IMG/VR virus record: IMGVR_UViG_3300013102_000003
Location: 70,644-134,643 of that record
DNA length: 64,000 bases
Reading direction: 5' to 3' (one strand)
Source: a virus
Taxonomy: Duplodnaviria > Heunggongvirae > Uroviricota > Caudoviricetes
Shown piece by piece: positions 59,798 to 64,000 of this stretch (positions within the stretch are counted from its first letter, which is position 1; every line of letters begins with the position of its first letter). Below the pieces are notes generated by a model. That model was not told where the DNA came from, made no database searches, and saw only the letters and a program-made list of their open reading frames with translations. A program made the translations under genes and the position numbers.

Positions 59798-61447
59798 ATG
59801 GCAAAATCCATTCTCGATAGACGCAACTCTTCACAGCCGCCCGCTCAGACTCTGGCCCCCGCTGTTCTTGCCTATAACACACCACGCCCCATCACGGCGT
59901 CGGCTGCTAGAATAGACATGAAGAATAAGAAGGAAGTTGACGCTATCAACAAGCGTCGTCTGGCGGACGTCTGGCAGGAGCACGCGTGGGAGTACTATGA
60001 CCTCATTGGCGAAATCAAGTACAGCGCCAACCTTGTGGCATCGATCACTTCCCGTGTCAACCTCTACGTAGGCTATGTAGAGGACACTGCCGACGTTCCG
60101 TCAGACATCGAAGACGTAGACAAGCTTGACGAGGCCTTCAAGCAGCAGGCAGAAGACATCCTCTACATGCTGGAATCCGGCAACGGCGGAACGGCTGGCC
60201 TGCTCCGCAATGCTGCCCTGAACCTCTTTATCGCTGGCGAGTGCTGGCTGGTCAACGAACCGGCACGCTTCTCCACCGGAGAGCCGTCCAAGTTCCAGAT
60301 CCGCAGTGTTCAGGAAATCGTCACCATGGGCCGCAACTCACAGGTTGCCATCAAGCCGCGCCGTGACTCCAAGCCCGCAGAATACATCCCACTCCCAGCC
60401 AACGGATTCGCGTCCCGCATCTGGCGCAACCACGGACGCTTCTCCGATGAGGCAGATTCCTCGATCCGTGGTATCCTAGACATCTGTGACCAGCTACTCA
60501 TTCTGGACCGCGCCGCATCTGCTGCCGCCAAGTCCCGCATGAACGCTGGTATCCTCTTCGTCCCTGACGGCCTCTCCAATGTGGCTCAGGCGGACGGAGA
60601 TCTTGGCGTACCCGGAGAGATGGCAGATTTGTCAGACGACATTCAGGAATCCTTTGAGGAAGAACTGATCGCCGGTCTGATCTCGCCCGTCGAAGACATC
60701 ACCTCAGCAGCATCCCTTGTCCCTACCGTCATCCGTGGTCCGGAAGACCTAGGCGAGAAGATCCGCCACATCCCGCTAGAGCGCTCCGTGGACCCACAGC
60801 TAAACGGACGCGGCGAGCGCCTGCTTGACCGCATCCTGTCCGGTCTGGACATCCCCAAGGACGTTGCAGCCGGTATGTCCAACGTGAAGTACTCCAACGC
60901 TATCATCATCGAAGAGCAGCTTTACAAGGCCCACATTGAGCCTCTGATCCTCCTGATTGCCGACTCCCTCACCATTGGCTTCCTACGCCCAGCGCTCCGT
61001 GCACAGGGCTGGCCGGAGAATTTGGTAAACCGTGCCGTTGTATGGTACGATCCTTCTGCGATTAGTGCGAAGCCGTCAAAGGCTGAAGCAGCTACCACGC
61101 TCTACAACATGAAGATCATTAGCTCCGAAGCAGTGCTTCGCGCTCATGGTTTCACACCGGCTGACGCTCCGTCCGATATGGAACGTGCTCAGCGCATGGC
61201 TGAAGAGCGAGCAATGATTTCTGACGCAATGTCCGAAACACTTCTGTCCTCCATCATCCCGGAGGAACTGAAGAATCAGGCAAGGGAGCAAGCCCTTGCA
61301 AATTCAGATCCAGCCAGTGCCAACGCGCTCCAGACTGCCATCGGTGGTGAGCCTGCTGCGCCGGAAGCAGTGGCCCCATCTGATACAATGGAACAACCCG
61401 CAATAACAAGTAATGAGCAAGCCCCTCCGACACTGATGGAGCCTTAA
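59798..61447 (+). CDS. portal protein
   Basis: 549 aa; AWEYYDLIGEIKY...NLFIAGECW; follows DUF1360 as in large actinophages. Confidence 0.65.
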   Translation: MAKSILDRRNSSQPPAQTLAPAVLAYNTPRPITASAARIDMKNKKEVDAINKRRLADVWQEHAWEYYDLIGEIKYSANLVASITSRVNLYVGYVEDTADVPSDIEDVDKLDEAFKQQAEDILYMLESGNGGTAGLLRNAALNLFIAGECWLVNEPARFSTGEPSKFQIRSVQEIVTMGRNSQVAIKPRRDSKPAEYIPLPANGFASRIWRNHGRFSDEADSSIRGILDICDQLLILDRAASAAAKSRMNAGILFVPDGLSNVAQADGDLGVPGEMADLSDDIQESFEEELIAGLISPVEDITSAASLVPTVIRGPEDLGEKIRHIPLERSVDPQLNGRGERLLDRILSGLDIPKDVAAGMSNVKYSNAIIIEEQLYKAHIEPLILLIADSLTIGFLRPALRAQGWPENLVNRAVVWYDPSAISAKPSKAEAATTLYNMKIISSEAVLRAHGFTPADAPSDMERAQRMAEERAMISDAMSETLLSSIIPEELKNQAREQALANSDPASANALQTAIGGEPAAPEAVAPSDTMEQPAITSNEQAPPTLMEP

Positions 61448-61451
61448 ATAC

Positions 61452-64000
61452 ATGGCATGGAATATTAGCAAGGCCAAGCGCCAAGCGCTCGTAAAGCTAC
61501 AGCTACGAGATAAAAACGGTAAGTTTATCGAGATGGGCGGCGGGGTCAAGTGGTACTCCAGCCGTCTCAAGAAGGTAATCTCCGGTACCGTCGTTGGTAC
61601 CAAGGGCGAGAACGCTCTGGTTCGTCTGCACAAGGAGAACCCAACACACGAACCAGCGCTGGTTTCTGTGCCTGCCCGCAGCATCGAGCCTATCGATGCC
61701 AAGGCCACTCTTCCCGGAAAGGGAGAGAAGTCCAACCTTGACACGCCCGAGTTCGAGAAGCCCGAAGCTGTTGGCAAGATCAAGGGCGACGACGCAGAAG
61801 TTGACCCGAACACCGAGTCCGACCACGAGAAGTCGGTCTCCGAGGTCTCCCCTGAGGAAATGCGGGCCATGCCCAAGGGTACAGTTCTGCGCTCCTTCAA
61901 GGGCCAGATGGCTGGATTCATCAAGCAGGACGGCGACAACTGGGAGCACATTCTCTCCAACGGTACCCCGTCAGGCAACGTCTCCACATCTGCATCCATC
62001 AAGAACACTGACACTTTCCAGAACCACGTCTTCAGCCCGGAAGGCACACCCATTGCAGCGCCCCACGACGGCGGCAATGGTAACTCCGGCGACTCCGGAA
62101 ACGGTGGCTCTGGAGACGGCCCTGACAAGCCAACCGGCGACGATGACTCAGCCGAGAACTACTCGATCTCTGAGACCTCAGACGGCAACACCTACATCTC
62201 CAAGAAGGACGGTTCGGAGCTTTACAGCCCTGCCCGCGAACTTCAGGTAGGCGACGAAGTCTTCGCCCCTGCCGGTGCGGATGAGACCAAGCCGTTCTCC
62301 ATTGGCCGCAACTGGGCCACCAAGGGTGCCGAGCGACTGAACAATGACGGCCCGAAGCTGGGTAAGGTCATTGCCGTTGAAGGCGACCGCTACGCCGTTG
62401 TCCAGATGGCCGGTGGACACACCATCCCTGACCGCCGCAACCCGGATGAGCAGACCGATACCGTAACCATCGGCCTCTCCAACCGTGTCATCAAGGCGAC
62501 TCCCGGACTCAAGGAAGCTCTAGGCGACAAGCTGGGCGACACCAACTACGGTGACCGCCCGTCTGACGAGGATCAGGAAATCACCCCGAACGACCCAGCG
62601 GCACAGTCTGATCACGAGGGCCGCGAGGCAACTCCGGAACAGATCGCTGAAGAGGACGCACAGGGTGCTGCCCCGGAACAGGAACAGGCTCCTGAAGCCG
62701 TTGACCCGAAAACTGCCAAGGCTGTTCTGACCCACCGCATTACCGGTGCTGCCAAGGATGAGCTTGAGTTCGGTATCGAGAACATGGAATCGGACGGTGT
62801 CGATCCCGGTATCCGCATGTCCGGAAGCAAGGCGGAAGTCTATGACGTAGACAAGGCCATCTTCACTGTGGACGGACCTCTCGGTGTCCTCGATGACAAC
62901 CTTATGGACAATGTTTATCAGGGTTCGCACAAGGCCATTGCCAAGGCACAGCAGCGTGGTCTTCAGCGTTTCCGTGATGTCCTGACCAAGCACAAGGGCG
63001 AGAAGCCTGCCAAAACCGAAGCAGCGCCCGAAAAGCCTGCCGATGAGGGCAACGCACCACAGCCCGAGGCACCTAACGCCCCTGAAGCCCCGCAGAGCGC
63101 CCCGGAAGCTGCCCCAGCACCGGAAACCCCTGAGAACGCTGACAAGCCCTCAGAGGACGCTCCAAAGGCTCCGGAGCAGGCACCAGCGCCCGAAGCACAG
63201 GCTCCGGAAGCTGACGCGCCCGCAGAAGCACCAAAAGAGGCCCCGACCACGGCTGCAACTCCTTCCAAGGCCATCGTTGAGGGTGTCGGACGTGTCGAAC
63301 AGGACATGGAAGACATCGACAGCAGCAACCTTCAGGGCGAAGAACTCGCTGCTGCCCTTGAAGAGGCTAAGTACTCCTTCAACGACGCCAACGGTGAGCA
63401 GTGGACTGTCTCTGCCGACCGTGCTGGTGAGGGCGACTGGAGCTACAACCTGACCGATCAGGAGGGCAGCGACAAGGGTAACTGGATCGCCGCCAACTAC
63501 GACGGTTCGGCTGAGATCGCCAAGGACATCGAGAAGACTGTCAATGGTGGCGCAGCCTCACGCGCAGAACCAGCCGCAGAGGCAAAGCCTGAAGCTGACG
63601 CCCCGACCCCTGATGCACCGGAATCCTACAACGAGAACGGTCTGACGGCTGAGGAACAGGCTCAGGTCACGGCGTACGGACGCATGATTGGCCGCGCTGA
63701 GTCAGCCGGTCAGTTCGAACGTGCCGACGCATTGTCCGGACAGCTTGCCGATCTGGTTGCCAAGGGCGAATCCCGCAAGAACGGATCTGACTCTAAGGAC
63801 TCAGCACCCGCTGAGAAGCCCGCAGAGGCCCCTCAGAGCGCCCCGGAGGCCCCCAAGGCCAACGTGTCACTGGACGACCTTGAGAAGCAGGCCAAGGCTG
63901 ACGGGGACACTGTCCTCTACCATGGCGGTCTACCTGAGGGCACGACCCTCGACGGCATCGACCTCAACCGCAATGGAACTCAGCAGAACAGGCGTGGACA
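61452..64000 (+). CDS. giant virion-associated protein, 3'-partial
   Basis: open to window end (849 codons, missed by ORF track); QLRDKNGKFIEMGG; P/A/E-rich linkers; ends at VLYHGG. Confidence 0.8.
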   Translation, partial: MAWNISKAKRQALVKLQLRDKNGKFIEMGGGVKWYSSRLKKVISGTVVGTKGENALVRLHKENPTHEPALVSVPARSIEPIDAKATLPGKGEKSNLDTPEFEKPEAVGKIKGDDAEVDPNTESDHEKSVSEVSPEEMRAMPKGTVLRSFKGQMAGFIKQDGDNWEHILSNGTPSGNVSTSASIKNTDTFQNHVFSPEGTPIAAPHDGGNGNSGDSGNGGSGDGPDKPTGDDDSAENYSISETSDGNTYISKKDGSELYSPARELQVGDEVFAPAGADETKPFSIGRNWATKGAERLNNDGPKLGKVIAVEGDRYAVVQMAGGHTIPDRRNPDEQTDTVTIGLSNRVIKATPGLKEALGDKLGDTNYGDRPSDEDQEITPNDPAAQSDHEGREATPEQIAEEDAQGAAPEQEQAPEAVDPKTAKAVLTHRITGAAKDELEFGIENMESDGVDPGIRMSGSKAEVYDVDKAIFTVDGPLGVLDDNLMDNVYQGSHKAIAKAQQRGLQRFRDVLTKHKGEKPAKTEAAPEKPADEGNAPQPEAPNAPEAPQSAPEAAPAPETPENADKPSEDAPKAPEQAPAPEAQAPEADAPAEAPKEAPTTAATPSKAIVEGVGRVEQDMEDIDSSNLQGEELAAALEEAKYSFNDANGEQWTVSADRAGEGDWSYNLTDQEGSDKGNWIAANYDGSAEIAKDIEKTVNGGAASRAEPAAEAKPEADAPTPDAPESYNENGLTAEEQAQVTAYGRMIGRAESAGQFERADALSGQLADLVAKGESRKNGSDSKDSAPAEKPAEAPQSAPEAPKANVSLDDLEKQAKADGDTVLYHGGLPEGTTLDGIDLNRNGTQQNRRG

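Noticed and set aside
1-64000. Bacterial chromosome or integrated prophage
   Set aside because: No host housekeeping genes, integrase or att junction; gene density and size distribution are uniformly phage-like. A temperate lifestyle cannot be excluded from this window.

Overview
64 kb of a large, about 60% GC actinobacteriophage genome. No host housekeeping genes, integrase, rRNA or tRNA were seen. Layout: (1) 1-23.9 kb, dense rightward small hypothetical genes, many being short 'GD.V' beta-barrel (KOW/SH3-like) proteins, with SigA-like TTGACA-17-TAnnnT promoters, many leaderless genes and a non-coding AT-rich block at 18.2-18.75 kb. (2) 24-26 kb, a leftward DGQHR (DndB/ParB-like) gene and a candidate ncRNA. 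(3) About 26.8-44.3 kb, the most striking feature: an array of mostly single-gene units. Each unit boundary carries a conserved box (TA)GTTACAAAA(C/A/G)TT, usually fused to the upstream stop codon. This is followed by a sequence-variable but pairing-conserved hairpin holding the -35 hexamer in its loop, then a -10, an ACTACCAAC-type leader and a Shine-Dalgarno in a second mini-hairpin. I count 34 box copies by hand. The cargo is small, often very acidic proteins, including an ArdA-like one. (4) 44.6-58.9 kb, rightward genes including a holin/collagen-like membrane cassette, a macrodomain, a DUF3307 gene and a PRPP-synthetase-like + NAMPT-like pair (NARP1-type NAD+ reconstitution); two or three of these genes appear to need non-canonical ATT/ATC starts. 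(5) 59.4-64 kb, DUF1360, portal and the first 849 codons of a giant, probably virion-associated protein. All coordinates and counts were done by eye and may be off by 1-2 nt. Family calls rest on recalled motifs, not on searches.
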